Source: an uncultured bacterium (lineage in GTDB: Bacteria; Cyanobacteriota; Vampirovibrionia; Obscuribacterales; Obscuribacteraceae). From it: a DNA stretch of 64,000 bases. How positions within the stretch are numbered: position 1 is the first letter of the stretch; each line of letters begins with the position of its first letter. A model generated the notes under the pieces. The model was not told the DNA's origin and searched no databases. It saw only the letters and a program-made list of their open reading frames with translations. Both the position numbers and the translations under genes were made by a program. Shown in pieces: positions 1-9,999 of the stretch. The stretch is from contig CAILLX010000133.1 in assembly GCA_903835185.1 (NCBI GenBank), forward strand, positions 6,174 through 70,173. The letters are read 5' to 3'.

Positions 1-38
1 TAGGACGGCGGTGTTCTATCCAGCTGAACTACGAGGGC
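1..38 (-). tRNA. 5' half of a tRNA gene cut by the window edge; anticodon loop reads CCT, suggesting tRNA-Arg(CCU)
   Basis: Reverse complement of 1-38 reads GCCCTCG-TA-GTTC-AGCTGGATA-GAAC-A-CCGCC-GTCCTA. That gives a 7-nt acceptor arm, a GTTC/GAAC D-stem with an AGCTGGATA D-loop (typical of tRNA-Arg), an anticodon stem and then T-CCT-A. The 3' half is outside the window, so the cloverleaf cannot be closed. Confidence 0.5.
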
Positions 39-75
39 TTATAGGGAAAGCTCAGAGCTAGCAATCATAAGTTTA

Positions 76-2898
76 TCACTCTTCAGGTTGCCAATCAGCT
101 GAGCTCTTAGAGTATGAACCAGATTTTTGCACAGACAGCTGCCTGCCGTGTGCACTGAAGAGCTGCAACCAGCCTGAGATGACACATAGAAGCAAGATGG
201 TTATAAGCGCCAAGCCAGCCAGGTTTTGCCCTGTGTACAATGACTGCGGACGGTAGTCAAATTGAATGCGATGGATCCCTGGTTGCACAAAGAGAGCGCG
301 AGTCACAGCATTAGCACGATAAATATCGCATGGGACATTATCAACTGTGGCTTGCCAGCCGGGATAAAAGTGATCTGCCAGAACAAGACAGCAAAACCTA
401 TCTGCTTTTACAGAAAGCAAGATATGGTCCGGCTCATCGGCAAGGAAAGTAACTGGACAGCTATTGATTACCCTGCTGTTAATATTGCCGCCAGCTCCGG
501 ATACCTTTGCCTTCTCCATATAATCGGATACGCCCGCTCCACCCAATGCCGGCAACTCAGTAGGTAATGGTCCGCGTAGGGGCGCGTCGGGACGCGCCCG
601 CCGGGCGGCTTTCGAGCCACCCCCACCCCATACGCTTAAGTTGACAGCATTACCCACTCCGCCAGCTCCTTGCCTGCACTTCCTCTCAGGCGCCGGAACG
701 GCAGGGGCGCCAGAAACATACCGAGCAGGAGCACCCACACAGGTCGAGCGAGGCAGCTCCAGAACAACACCGGCAGCCGGATTAAAGCTTCGGCTGGACT
801 CTCCGGCAACAAGAGAGACAGCCTCTTCATGGCAACGAGACCATTGCCAGTGTGAGCAGATATAGGCTCTCGGCAGCGGCAACTTAAGACGATAGATGCG
901 CACGTTAAGAGCTCTGTCTTCATAAGCAAGAGTAAACAACCTGCTGTCAAGCAATCCAAGATCGGCAGTTCCATTAGAACCAGCAGATTGATATGACTGA
1001 GTAAAAACATACCTGGTGGCGGTCATCTGACAAAAGTGCGCTAATAAGCTCAGATCGCCATTTCCACGTCTCCCGGCTCTGGTGCTCTGATAGTCTCTGT
1101 ATGCACAAGAAAAGATCTGGCGATAGTCAGCAGTTTCAGCAGCCTCATATCCGAAAGATGAAGATAGCTGGCAATCCATATTGCAATTAGGCAGCAATAA
1201 CTGCCTGCCATACTGATAGAAACTAGCATTTGTCTCTTCGGCCGTTTTGCCACGATTAGCACTGGGAAAGGTTAAAGGATCAAAATAAAGCGGCAAGATT
1301 CTAAACTGCTGTCCGGCACCGTCTTCCCTCGCCAGATGGGCCACAGCCGCAGCAACTGGCGACTGACAAGCAAAGAAAGCCGGCACAGTTCCATGACGCG
1401 CATAAGAAAAAGCCCAGGTAAGCTGTGATGCTGCAACTGCAGCAAGAAACATTCCAGCTGTAGTCGCAGGTGAAAGGCTGTTGTGCCAGCGCAAGTATCC
1501 AATCAAGCAGGCAATCAGTCCAAGCAGTGCTGTAAGCAAACCGCGCTGCCCAATAAGATAAGCTGCGGTGCTGTTTATGTGTCCACCAAGACAGGTGACA
1601 AGACGCGGTTCAATCCTTCCCATTTCGCCTGCTCCCAGCACAAGGATGCTTGCGGCAGCGACAGTTAGCCAGATTGACCAGGCAACTGTTGGACCTGCTC
1701 GACCAGGTTTAGGACCCAGCAAACAATAGGCTCCTCGTGCCGCCAGAATTGCCAGGCACCACACAAGCAGCACTATCAGTTTAATTGGATAACGAAAGAC
1801 ACCTAATACTGGCATGATAGAAATGAGAGCCGGTACTAGCGGAGTGTTGGCACCAAGTGCAGCCACAACCGACGCACAGGCTGCAGAGAGAACCAGCCAG
1901 CGTTGAGGCCACCTCTTATCACCAGAGCCCCAGATAGCCAGAGTAAAGACAAATGGTCCGACATAAGCCGCAGAAAGAAAAGGTATATAGCCAGCTCTGG
2001 TTGCCACCAGAGACAGATGTTTAGCATCAATCAGATTAAGATCGCCTAGCGGCTGCGGTAAAATCATTGTCAGGCAGTCGTACCAGTTAGCGCTCCAGGC
2101 AAGAACTTCTTGAACGCTCAAGCCGTGCGACCGCGGCGACAGAGCTGTCCACTCAAGGGCCGGCAAGATAACAGGCGCTGCCAGCGTCAGCCCGCAAGCA
2201 ACAGCCGCTAGCTGCCACAACAACCTGACAAAAGAAGAGGCAGTTTTGAGAGCAAACAAGCAGCTGATGAACTGACAAGCCAAGTAAGAGCAGATAATCA
2301 AGAGAGCTGGCAGAGCAATCTCAGGACGCCCGGATGCAACCAACATGAAAACAGCAAAGGCGCAAACGCTCACATAAAGCTGGCGGGCAGGAGAGCTGCT
2401 TGCCTCTATACTAACTAAAGCCCAGATGATTAAAGGCAACCATGAAGCAGAAGCCACCAGAGAAAAGTTCTTCTGCAAAGAGAACATATAGCCGCATAAA
2501 GCTATTGTAGTACCGCAACTGGCAGCAGCAAATGCCCCCCAGCCAAACCCGGCGACAAGCAGATAAGCACCAGCACCAGAGACGAGCTGGTGGAAAATCA
2601 TATAAGCTGCCAGAGCAACAGAGAAAGGAAGAAAAGCAAAAAGCCAATCAGGCGGATAATACATCCCTGGCGATGGAATAGCTATTTGCGGCATACCGCA
2701 GTAGCAGTAAGGGTTCCACAGCGGCATACTGTGGTTGTGCCATGACACGCTGAGCCAGCGCAAAAACGGCTCATAATAATAGGTTATGTCTGAAAGATAG
2801 AAAGACCACCGACCAGACAACCATGGCCAATAAAAAACAGCCAGCAAAACAGTCAAGGCGGCAGAGAAGGTGAATAGTTGTCGCAATAGTCTGGGCAT
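76..2898 (-). CDS. YfhO-family polytopic membrane protein carrying an in-frame REP-like insert
   Basis: 940-aa ORF with many hydrophobic segments. N-terminal YYYEPF...MPLWNPYCYCGMPQ region and C-terminal HFYPGWQATVDNVP...GIHRIQFDYRP segment followed by a final TM helix, as in YfhO-family proteins. Confidence 0.7.
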   Translation of the reverse strand: MPRLLRQLFTFSAALTVLLAVFYWPWLSGRWSFYLSDITYYYEPFLRWLSVSWHNHSMPLWNPYCYCGMPQIAIPSPGMYYPPDWLFAFLPFSVALAAYMIFHQLVSGAGAYLLVAGFGWGAFAAASCGTTIALCGYMFSLQKNFSLVASASWLPLIIWALVSIEASSSPARQLYVSVCAFAVFMLVASGRPEIALPALLIICSYLACQFISCLFALKTASSFVRLLWQLAAVACGLTLAAPVILPALEWTALSPRSHGLSVQEVLAWSANWYDCLTMILPQPLGDLNLIDAKHLSLVATRAGYIPFLSAAYVGPFVFTLAIWGSGDKRWPQRWLVLSAACASVVAALGANTPLVPALISIMPVLGVFRYPIKLIVLLVWCLAILAARGAYCLLGPKPGRAGPTVAWSIWLTVAAASILVLGAGEMGRIEPRLVTCLGGHINSTAAYLIGQRGLLTALLGLIACLIGYLRWHNSLSPATTAGMFLAAVAASQLTWAFSYARHGTVPAFFACQSPVAAAVAHLAREDGAGQQFRILPLYFDPLTFPSANRGKTAEETNASFYQYGRQLLLPNCNMDCQLSSSFGYEAAETADYRQIFSCAYRDYQSTRAGRRGNGDLSLLAHFCQMTATRYVFTQSYQSAGSNGTADLGLLDSRLFTLAYEDRALNVRIYRLKLPLPRAYICSHWQWSRCHEEAVSLVAGESSRSFNPAAGVVLELPRSTCVGAPARYVSGAPAVPAPERKCRQGAGGVGNAVNLSVWGGGGSKAARRARPDAPLRGPLPTELPALGGAGVSDYMEKAKVSGAGGNINSRVINSCPVTFLADEPDHILLSVKADRFCCLVLADHFYPGWQATVDNVPCDIYRANAVTRALFVQPGIHRIQFDYRPQSLYTGQNLAGLALITILLLCVISGWLQLFSAHGRQLSVQKSGSYSKSSADWQPEE
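563..654 (-). repeat. REP/REPIN-like palindromic element, copy 1 (inverted relative to the other copies), inside the YfhO-like CDS
   Basis: GGTAATG (563-570) and CATTACC (648-654) arms flank GTAG+GGGCGCGTCGGGACGCGCCC and GGGCGGCTTTCGAGCCACCC hairpins. The same core is seen at 22408-22500, 46913-47150 and 48981-49080. Confidence 0.75.
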
Positions 2899-2922
2899 AC
2901 AGCCTGCCAGGGCTTGGCTATC

Positions 2923-4440
2923 TTAACTCCCAGGTCTGCTCAGCAATGTTGGCTGGAGAGCACTGGCAGCTTCTTGAGCTACATTCATAATCGGATTGAC
3001 AGCAGCTGAACCAGCTATAATCCCAGCTACACATACACACAAAGCAGCTGCTGGTCCCCACTGCGGATCAGCTAAATGATGTCTGCCCGGTCCAAGTTGC
3101 TTCACTACATCTGATGGCTCCCGAGCAACCATCTTTATGACAACACGCATGTAGTAATAGATGGCAGGTACGGACGTAGCCAGAGCTACTGCCACCAGAG
3201 TCCAACCAAGCACAGAGGAAGCCTCAATACCAGACCAGAAAACAAACGCCTTGGCAAAGAAGCCGGCAGGCGGAATAGGCAGCCCTGCTAGATTAATGAG
3301 ACAGATAGAGATTCCCAGTGCTAACCAGGGGCGCTTGCGGAACAACCCGGCATAATCGTCTATCCTGTCTGAGCCGGTTTCATTAGTAAAAAGAATAGCC
3401 CCGGCAAACGCTCCTAAATTCATCAGTCCATAGACAACAACATAAAAATTGATTGCTGCCAAGCCGTTTAGCGAATTAGAAGTAAGTCCAATTAAGATAT
3501 AGCCGACATGAGCAATTGAAGAATAAGCCAGCATCCTTTTGAAAGATGGTTGAGCCAGAGCAATTAAGTTGCCGAATATCATAGATGCGATAGCCAGCAG
3601 TCCGACTATGAAGCTCCAGTCGCCAGCAGCTGGACCAAGCGCCGTTGACAAAAGACGAATTGCCACTACCAGTCCGCCTGCTTTTGAGCCGATTGAAAGG
3701 AATGCGGTCACTGGTGTTGGCGCCCCTTCAAAAACATCTGGTGCCCACATATGAAACGGCACAGCTGACAGCTTAAAGCCCACAGCGCTAAGAACCAGCA
3801 CAAGAAGAAAGACAACGACAAGTGAAGGAGAATGAGCCAGTTCCAGCATCCTGTTATGGATGTCTCCGTAGTAAGTGCTGGAAGTCAAACCATAAAGGAA
3901 GGAGAGTCCATATAACAAAGTTGCTGTAGTAGCGGCAGTCGAGACAAGATATTTCAGTGCTGCTTCATTGCTCTTGCGGTCACTTTTGAGTGCGCCGCTC
4001 AGAAGAACGCACGAGAGGCTCAGCGTCTCCAGACCGACAAAAAGCATGATCAAGTCTGTAGTGCCAGCTAAAAATACTACTGCCAGGGTCGCCACCAGAA
4101 GTAGCATATAGAACTCGCCTGCATTTCTTCCCAGACGACTGGCATACCCTGTTGACATACAGACAACTATTGCACCTACTGCGCATGCCAATGAGCCGAA
4201 GAGCACAGTCAACTTATCAACGACAAACAACCCGCCAAAAAGAGTTGTTGAGCCAATGACAAACTGCCCCCAGAGACCAGCTCCAGCAAAAAGAAGTGCA
4301 AAGATACAGACAATTGGCGTAAATCTCTTCAAACTGGGAAAAAACAGATCCCACAAAGCGCAGAAAAGGATTGCAGCCACCAAGAAGATTTCCGGCTGCA
4401 ACAGTTTCAGGGCGCCGAGATAATCATTAATGTTTGGCAT
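2923..4440 (-). CDS. nuoN: NADH-quinone oxidoreductase subunit N / NdhB-type antiporter-like subunit
   Basis: 505-aa polytopic protein with the conserved PFHMWAPDVFEGAPTPVTAFLS and MLAYSSIAHVGYIL motifs of complex-I chain N/2. No other complex-I genes are adjacent. Confidence 0.85.
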   Translation of the reverse strand: MPNINDYLGALKLLQPEIFLVAAILFCALWDLFFPSLKRFTPIVCIFALLFAGAGLWGQFVIGSTTLFGGLFVVDKLTVLFGSLACAVGAIVVCMSTGYASRLGRNAGEFYMLLLVATLAVVFLAGTTDLIMLFVGLETLSLSCVLLSGALKSDRKSNEAALKYLVSTAATTATLLYGLSFLYGLTSSTYYGDIHNRMLELAHSPSLVVVFLLVLVLSAVGFKLSAVPFHMWAPDVFEGAPTPVTAFLSIGSKAGGLVVAIRLLSTALGPAAGDWSFIVGLLAIASMIFGNLIALAQPSFKRMLAYSSIAHVGYILIGLTSNSLNGLAAINFYVVVYGLMNLGAFAGAILFTNETGSDRIDDYAGLFRKRPWLALGISICLINLAGLPIPPAGFFAKAFVFWSGIEASSVLGWTLVAVALATSVPAIYYYMRVVIKMVAREPSDVVKQLGPGRHHLADPQWGPAAALCVCVAGIIAGSAAVNPIMNVAQEAASALQPTLLSRPGS

Positions 4441-4870
4441 GAATCTACTGTTTCCTTAAGGAGCTTGCCACAGCAAGCAATGAAACTGATCTTTAACAGT
4501 CATGGCTAATTTTACAGATCAAGAACAGCTAAAAAGTTGTGGCTACCTTTCATATTATTGAGGCAACAGCTGGCACAAGTTCACAAAGACGGTCTGATGG
4601 CAGTTCACTGTTTAAATGGCAGCCAAAAGAAACAAACTTAAAACTGTCCAATGCCTCAACCTATCTCAACAAGAGCACAGCCGACAGCAAGAGCGCCAGG
4701 TCCGCAACTAGCGGCAGAGCAGTTAATAATGATGATATGCCAGCTTCTCCTGACAACCAGCTCTAACCAATACAGAAGGCAGATTCGCGGCGGAGACAGT
4801 AGTATAGTTGTAAGGAAAGGACTACAGGCTGCCGATGTTTGCACACAAAGAAGAATCAGGATGCTTGAGC

Positions 4871-5959
4871 ATGCCCTGCCTCTTGGCTTTAGAAGATGGC
4901 AAGACTTTTTTAGGAGAAAGCTTTGGTGCCCGAGGCACAGCCGCAGGTGAGCTGGTTTTTAACACAAGCCTGACAGGTTACCAAGAGATTCTAACTGACC
5001 CAAGTTATGCCGGACAGATAGTGACTCTCACCTGTCCGGAGATTGGGAATTATGGTACCTGCGACGCAGACCGGGAGTCGGGCAAGATTTATGCTAGAGC
5101 ACTGGTGGTAAGACATCTCAGTCGGCGCTACAGCTCCTGGCGAGCAGAGAATTCTTTAGACTCCTTTCTAGCCAGTTATGGCGTCGTGGGTCTGACAGGC
5201 GTAGACACACGAGCAATAACACGCCATATTCGTGACAAAGGGGCAATGCGTTGCGTTGTCTCAACTGAAATTCTCGATCCGCAGCAGCTGATTGCTCAGT
5301 CCTGCGCAACTCAAGAGATGACAGGATCTAATCTTACAGGCGCTGTAACAACTGATTGCTCCTACAAGCTGGGGAACAACGGTTATCCGGTAGCAGTTCT
5401 GGATTTCGGGATTAAAGAAAATATCTTACGCAGCTTGATAGCGGAGGGACTCTCTTTGACAGTCTATCCAGCAGAGACTCCGGCTGAAACAGTTTTAGCG
5501 GCTCGTCCAGCTGGCATCTTTCTCTCCAACGGTCCAGGCGACCCTGCTGCTTGTGAGCGCATACTGTGTGAACTGCCTGCTTTGATTAATTCAGGATTAC
5601 CTATTTTCGGCATCTGTCTGGGGCACCAACTGCTGGCAATTGCGTGCGGAGCTAAAACTTACAAACTTAAGTTCGGGCACCGGGGGGGCAATCAGCCTGT
5701 TGTCAATCTGACTACAGGTCGCGTGGAGGTCACCTGCCAAAATCATGGCTTTGCAGTTGACGGCAGTGAGCTTCCCGCAGAGCTGGAGCTAACCCACCTA
5801 AACTTGAACGACAACAGCGTCGAGGGGCTCGCCCACCGCACAAGACCAATCTTTTGTGTGCAGTATCATCCGGAAGCCAGTCCTGGACCGAAGGATTCCG
5901 GTTATCTTTTTAGACGTTTCAAACAGATGATAGAGTCCCAGAAAAAGGTGAGTGTTTAA
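4871..5959 (+). CDS. carA: carbamoyl-phosphate synthase small (glutaminase) subunit
   Basis: N-terminus MPCLLALEDGKTFLGESFGA, LTDPSYAGQIV, and GATase triad region IFGICLGHQLL...VQYHPEA. The ORF track starts at 4835, but ATG 4871 matches the usual CarA N-terminus. Confidence 0.93.
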   Translation: MPCLLALEDGKTFLGESFGARGTAAGELVFNTSLTGYQEILTDPSYAGQIVTLTCPEIGNYGTCDADRESGKIYARALVVRHLSRRYSSWRAENSLDSFLASYGVVGLTGVDTRAITRHIRDKGAMRCVVSTEILDPQQLIAQSCATQEMTGSNLTGAVTTDCSYKLGNNGYPVAVLDFGIKENILRSLIAEGLSLTVYPAETPAETVLAARPAGIFLSNGPGDPAACERILCELPALINSGLPIFGICLGHQLLAIACGAKTYKLKFGHRGGNQPVVNLTTGRVEVTCQNHGFAVDGSELPAELELTHLNLNDNSVEGLAHRTRPIFCVQYHPEASPGPKDSGYLFRRFKQMIESQKKVSV

Positions 5960-6623
5960 TTTGTATAAACTGGCAATATTCGACTTTGACGGAACATTAG
6001 TCGATTCGGCTCCCGGTATTATCGACGTCATGCGGTCTGTAGTGCTCGAGTTGGGTCTTAGTCTCGACGTCTTGGAGCACTGGTCGACATTGATAGGCGT
6101 TCCTTTATCAACACAGATTGATATTATAGTCCCGCATAAAGAGCTTGAGTGTCGCCAGGCAATGGCCTCGCGCTATCGCGAGATTTACGACCTCAAAGCT
6201 GTCGAGGTCTGCCCTCCTTTTCCTGGATTGCAAGGGATTCTCTCCCGTCTGGAAGAAGCCAAAGTACGCATAGCTATAGCTTCGTCAAAAAGACGTGCCT
6301 TAATTGATCTGGTACTGGACGCCCACAAGCTCGCTCAATACTTCGACATAATTGTTGGCTCGCTGGAAGTTGTCAACCACAAGCCTCACCCTGAGCCTGT
6401 TCACCACATAATGAATAAGCTCAGTATCCCTGTAAGCGAAACAGTAGTCATTGGCGACAGCACATACGATCTTGAGATGGCTCGCAATGCTGGTGTAGAC
6501 AGCATTGGTGTTACAACAGGTATACATTCACGCGAGCTTCTGGCGACCATCCAACCGTTACACATAGTCAGTGCACTGCAGGATGCGCTACCACTGATAC
6601 TCAATGGACGCATGACTCATTAG
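5952..6623 (+). CDS. HAD-superfamily hydrolase (phosphoglycolate-phosphatase-like)
   Basis: Motif I IFDFDGTLVDS, motif II ASSK, motif III/IV KPHPEP...VIGDSTYDLEMARNAG. GTG start overlaps the carA stop. Confidence 0.8.
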   Translation: MFNLYKLAIFDFDGTLVDSAPGIIDVMRSVVLELGLSLDVLEHWSTLIGVPLSTQIDIIVPHKELECRQAMASRYREIYDLKAVEVCPPFPGLQGILSRLEEAKVRIAIASSKRRALIDLVLDAHKLAQYFDIIVGSLEVVNHKPHPEPVHHIMNKLSIPVSETVVIGDSTYDLEMARNAGVDSIGVTTGIHSRELLATIQPLHIVSALQDALPLILNGRMTH

Positions 6624-6778
6624 CAGCGCAATTCCAAAGACAAAATAATTTTATGTATTTTCAGTACCAATTGGCAACCCATGGCCGTCTGGTATGATCA
6701 GGCGGTTGCTAAGTATTTGCAATTATCAAAGACTGTCTGGAGCTTGCTTACTCTTATTGTGAGCCTGCGCTGAAGAAA

Positions 6779-8041
6779 GTGAATATGGCTTTGGTCGACA
6801 AATCAAATCGTTGCGGCTCTTTGAGCAAGCTGTCTCTGCATCTGCAGGGAAGCGCAGGCGTCATTGCCAGCTTAAGAAAGATCGACACATCGTGTAGCTG
6901 CCTCGCAGCCAGCTACACTATCCGGCTTATGATTGCCTGTCTGAGTCTTTCAGCTCTAACTATCCTCACAATCTATTCTCAAGCAACAGCTGCTTCAACA
7001 CCCTCCAGCACACAGACAACTGCTGCTGACTCAAGAACTACAAATGCTCAAGCAGTTGATCATGCCGCCACTGCCACCACTTCTCACCCAGCGGAATCTG
7101 CTGCTGCCGCGAACAACACAGCAGCCACTGCAAGAGCACCCAGCACCGCAGGCAGTGATACACATTCTCAAACGGAGAGCAGAACTGTCGCCCCATCTGA
7201 ACCGGACATACCGCATATTCTCATCAAGCACGGTCAAGAGCTTTCCGTCGGCACTGATGCCCAAGATTTAGTCCCTACAGATGATGTATCTCTGGCGCGC
7301 CAGCAGGTAGTTGCTTATCCAGATAGCCCTGAAGCCAGCTTTATCCTGGCTGTAGCTTTAACTCGCACAAGCCATGTTGAAGAGTCGTTGCAGGAGGTGC
7401 GCAGAGCTAAGAAGCTAGCAGCTGCAAAAGGCGGTACTGTATATTTCGACCAAATGATAAACAGTTATGAAGAGATGCTCAAAAACTTCCCGCAGGAAAA
7501 CAGAGTACGTTACGGACTAGCCTGGGCTTATTATATGAAGGCTTATCTTCTTTCTCAGGAATCACAGAAGATCCAGAAATGGAATGCTGCTCAAGCCGCT
7601 CTGGCAGCCTCTGCCCACACTGTAACATCAACACCGGCAGCCACATCCAAACCAACAAATTTCATGGATCTGGCTGCTGCTGCAGTCACCGGCTCAGCTA
7701 ACGGATCCAAGCCGCACATCGAAGGTGCGCTGGAGAAAGCTGAACCGTCTTTACGACCACAGATCAAGAAGTATTATGAGGCTGCCCTGACAAAGCTGGA
7801 TGAACTGCTTGCAGCCAAGCCTGATGATATATGGGCTGGAGTTTATCGCGCTTTTCTACGCGCCGAATACACAGGCAACCTGGAAGAAGCTATGGCTACC
7901 TGGCAAAGCTGGAGAGACCGCTCACCAAACAACCCGGCCCCCTACTTTTTCCTTGGTGAAGGATATCTAAAGCAGGGCAACCTCAAAGAAAGCCTGAGCA
8001 ATGTCTCCAAAGCTATAGCTTTGCGATCGATAGGAAACTAG
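6779..8041 (+). CDS. membrane-anchored or secreted TPR-like repeat protein with a Ser/Thr/Ala-rich linker
   Basis: Hydrophobic N-terminal segment (LMIACLSLSALTILTIY), a long low-complexity A/S/T tract, and C-terminal helical repeats (AWAYYMKAY..., FFLGEGYLKQGNLKESL). Confidence 0.5.
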   Translation: MNMALVDKSNRCGSLSKLSLHLQGSAGVIASLRKIDTSCSCLAASYTIRLMIACLSLSALTILTIYSQATAASTPSSTQTTAADSRTTNAQAVDHAATATTSHPAESAAAANNTAATARAPSTAGSDTHSQTESRTVAPSEPDIPHILIKHGQELSVGTDAQDLVPTDDVSLARQQVVAYPDSPEASFILAVALTRTSHVEESLQEVRRAKKLAAAKGGTVYFDQMINSYEEMLKNFPQENRVRYGLAWAYYMKAYLLSQESQKIQKWNAAQAALAASAHTVTSTPAATSKPTNFMDLAAAAVTGSANGSKPHIEGALEKAEPSLRPQIKKYYEAALTKLDELLAAKPDDIWAGVYRAFLRAEYTGNLEEAMATWQSWRDRSPNNPAPYFFLGEGYLKQGNLKESLSNVSKAIALRSIGN

Positions 8042-8059
8042 GAGCCTGCGCACAACCTT

Positions 8060-8671
8060 ATGTCAGTCGTCTCCCTTATCTTCAACCGTAGCAATATCAA
8101 GCTGGTAGCAGCGCTTGCTATTCCAGTCGGCATCACCTGGCTTTTCATATATTCGCAAAAAGAAGCAGATGTTGAGGTGGCAAAATACAAGCACGATCAA
8201 GCAATTAATCCTAATACAGAGCGGGTAACTATCAACAATTACACACTCAAAGAGGTCGACGGCACCAATCAGGTACGCTGGCAGCTCATGGCTAAACATG
8301 GTGTAATCCAGCCAACCGGGCATGATGTGGAGCTCGACAGCGTTGTAGTTGAGTATTATGACGGCGCCAAGCTGAAAATGCGTTTAAGTGCTCCGCAAGG
8401 TCTTGCCCAGGAAGCTACTAAATATATAAAGCTCTCAGGTCAGGGCGGAACCAAGGTGCTGGCTATTGGAGAAGACGGTAAAGCTAAGCTGGAGGCTGCC
8501 GTAGTGGAATTAAAGGAAAAAAATAAGTTCCTGGCAACCGGCGGTGTTACTATCGAGTGGCCTCAGGTAGCCAAGGTGACCGGCAATTATGCCAACGGAA
8601 CAATCAACCTGTCCGACTTGAAGGATTTTAAGATAGTGGGCAACACCCATGCTGTAATAAGTGTGCACTGA
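8060..8671 (+). CDS. lptC: LptC-like periplasmic LPS-transport protein with N-terminal anchor
   Basis: 203 aa with a single N-terminal TM helix and a beta-rich remainder. It sits immediately upstream of lptA-like and lptB, so the call rests mainly on context. Confidence 0.5.
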   Translation: MSVVSLIFNRSNIKLVAALAIPVGITWLFIYSQKEADVEVAKYKHDQAINPNTERVTINNYTLKEVDGTNQVRWQLMAKHGVIQPTGHDVELDSVVVEYYDGAKLKMRLSAPQGLAQEATKYIKLSGQGGTKVLAIGEDGKAKLEAAVVELKEKNKFLATGGVTIEWPQVAKVTGNYANGTINLSDLKDFKIVGNTHAVISVH

Positions 8672-8685
8672 GGCAGAGTGAAACC

Positions 8686-9999
8686 GTGACCAAACTAAGA
8701 TTGACCAGTCAAATCATGATAGCAACGGTAATACTTTCAACCGTTGCTAGTCCTGCATGCCTGTCCCAAGGGGCAAACCCAGCAGACGTCTCCGGACCGG
8801 TCGATATTCAGGCAAACGAGCAGGAGTTTGCCGGCGACCAGATCATAGCCAAAGGCAATGTGCGTGTCGTTTATAAAGACAGTGTCATACGAGGTCCGCA
8901 AGCTACACTGCAGCGTGATCCCAATGGAAGTCCACAACAAGCTGTTTTTTCCGGGCACCCGCATTTTGTCCAGGGGAAAAACCTAATTGATGCTGACACT
9001 CTCATGTTTGATATAGCCAAATCTATAGTAGTTGCTGATGGCCACGCTCACTCAGAAGTGGAGCAATCAGAAGGCTCTACCGGCGACAGTAATAAGACAG
9101 ACAAAGCCAGCACAACAAGTAAGAAGCCTTTAGCTCCAACCGGTCTTAAATCCAAAAAAAGCAGTCAACCTTCCGGAGGCGAAAAGATTATTACTGACGC
9201 TGACCACCAGGTCTACGATAGCAATGAGGATAAATTTGAAGCCACCGGACATGTGAAAGTGATCCATACAGACATAGTTGTCCATGCTGAGAAGCTTCAA
9301 CTTGTATACGGTACTGACAAAAAACCAGAGACAGCCATCTTTACCGGAGGTGTCGTAGCCCAGCAAGGGCAGAATAACACTATTGCCGACAACATTACCT
9401 ACTCGCTGAGCACCCGACGTTTGCAGGCCAGCGGACATGTCAAGTCCAAAGTCATTCAACCCAAAAAGTCCGATACGATTAAGAAGGCGGAAGCATCTGG
9501 AGGCGGAGCTGCCCCTGGCAGTCCGACACGGCTGCAATCAGCGCCTGGAGCAGCTTACGCTGCCACAACCAGTAATGCCACTCCAAACACGTCTTCTGAC
9601 AACGAGCCAATTATAGTGACATCAAACAGTCAGGAGAATAGCGAAGAGACAGGCAGACTTTCTGCAGATGGCAATGTCAAAGTGTATTATGAGGACATGG
9701 TTGGTGCCGGGCCCAAAGCTATTCTGGTGCGCAATGCAGAAGGCAGGGCTGAAAGAGTCTATTTTGTAGGGCGCTCTCAAGTTGTTCAATCAGGCAGACG
9801 CTGGATTGCTGATCGGATCACAATCAGTGTTGCTGACAAGAAAGTGCTGGCTGAAGGTAACTCCAAAGCTCTTATCATCCAGCAAGGACCAGTGAAAAGC
9901 AGCCCCAGCAACCAGAATGTCGCACCTAGCAAGCTTGCTAGCAAGACAGGCAGTGCCACCACCAGCATAAGCGCAAGCAAGGTCGTGACACCACAATGA
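8686..9999 (+). CDS. lptA: LptA/OstA-family periplasmic protein with duplicated OstA-like segments
   Basis: Signal peptide, then OstA_N-like strands (ANEQEFAGDQIIAKGNVRVVYKDSVIRGPQATL; ADHQVYDSNEDKFEATGHVKVIHTDIVVHAEKL; LSADGNVKVYYEDMVGAGPKAIL). The stop overlaps the lptB start. Confidence 0.6.
   Translation: MTKLRLTSQIMIATVILSTVASPACLSQGANPADVSGPVDIQANEQEFAGDQIIAKGNVRVVYKDSVIRGPQATLQRDPNGSPQQAVFSGHPHFVQGKNLIDADTLMFDIAKSIVVADGHAHSEVEQSEGSTGDSNKTDKASTTSKKPLAPTGLKSKKSSQPSGGEKIITDADHQVYDSNEDKFEATGHVKVIHTDIVVHAEKLQLVYGTDKKPETAIFTGGVVAQQGQNNTIADNITYSLSTRRLQASGHVKSKVIQPKKSDTIKKAEASGGGAAPGSPTRLQSAPGAAYAATTSNATPNTSSDNEPIIVTSNSQENSEETGRLSADGNVKVYYEDMVGAGPKAILVRNAEGRAERVYFVGRSQVVQSGRRWIADRITISVADKKVLAEGNSKALIIQQGPVKSSPSNQNVAPSKLASKTGSATTSISASKVVTPQ

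Noticed and set aside
262-2647. Multiple 60-135-aa ORFs on both strands inside the YfhO-like gene (for example 262-567, 636-1010, 1483-1668, 2411-2647)
   Set aside because: All are nested within or antisense to the long, family-supported 940-aa CDS.
4539-4950. ORFs 4539-4766, 4651-4950 and 4656-4844 in the nuoN-carA divergent intergenic region
   Set aside because: They overlap one another in different frames and have low-complexity translations and no RBS. I also looked for a PyrR-type attenuator motif upstream of carA and did not see one.
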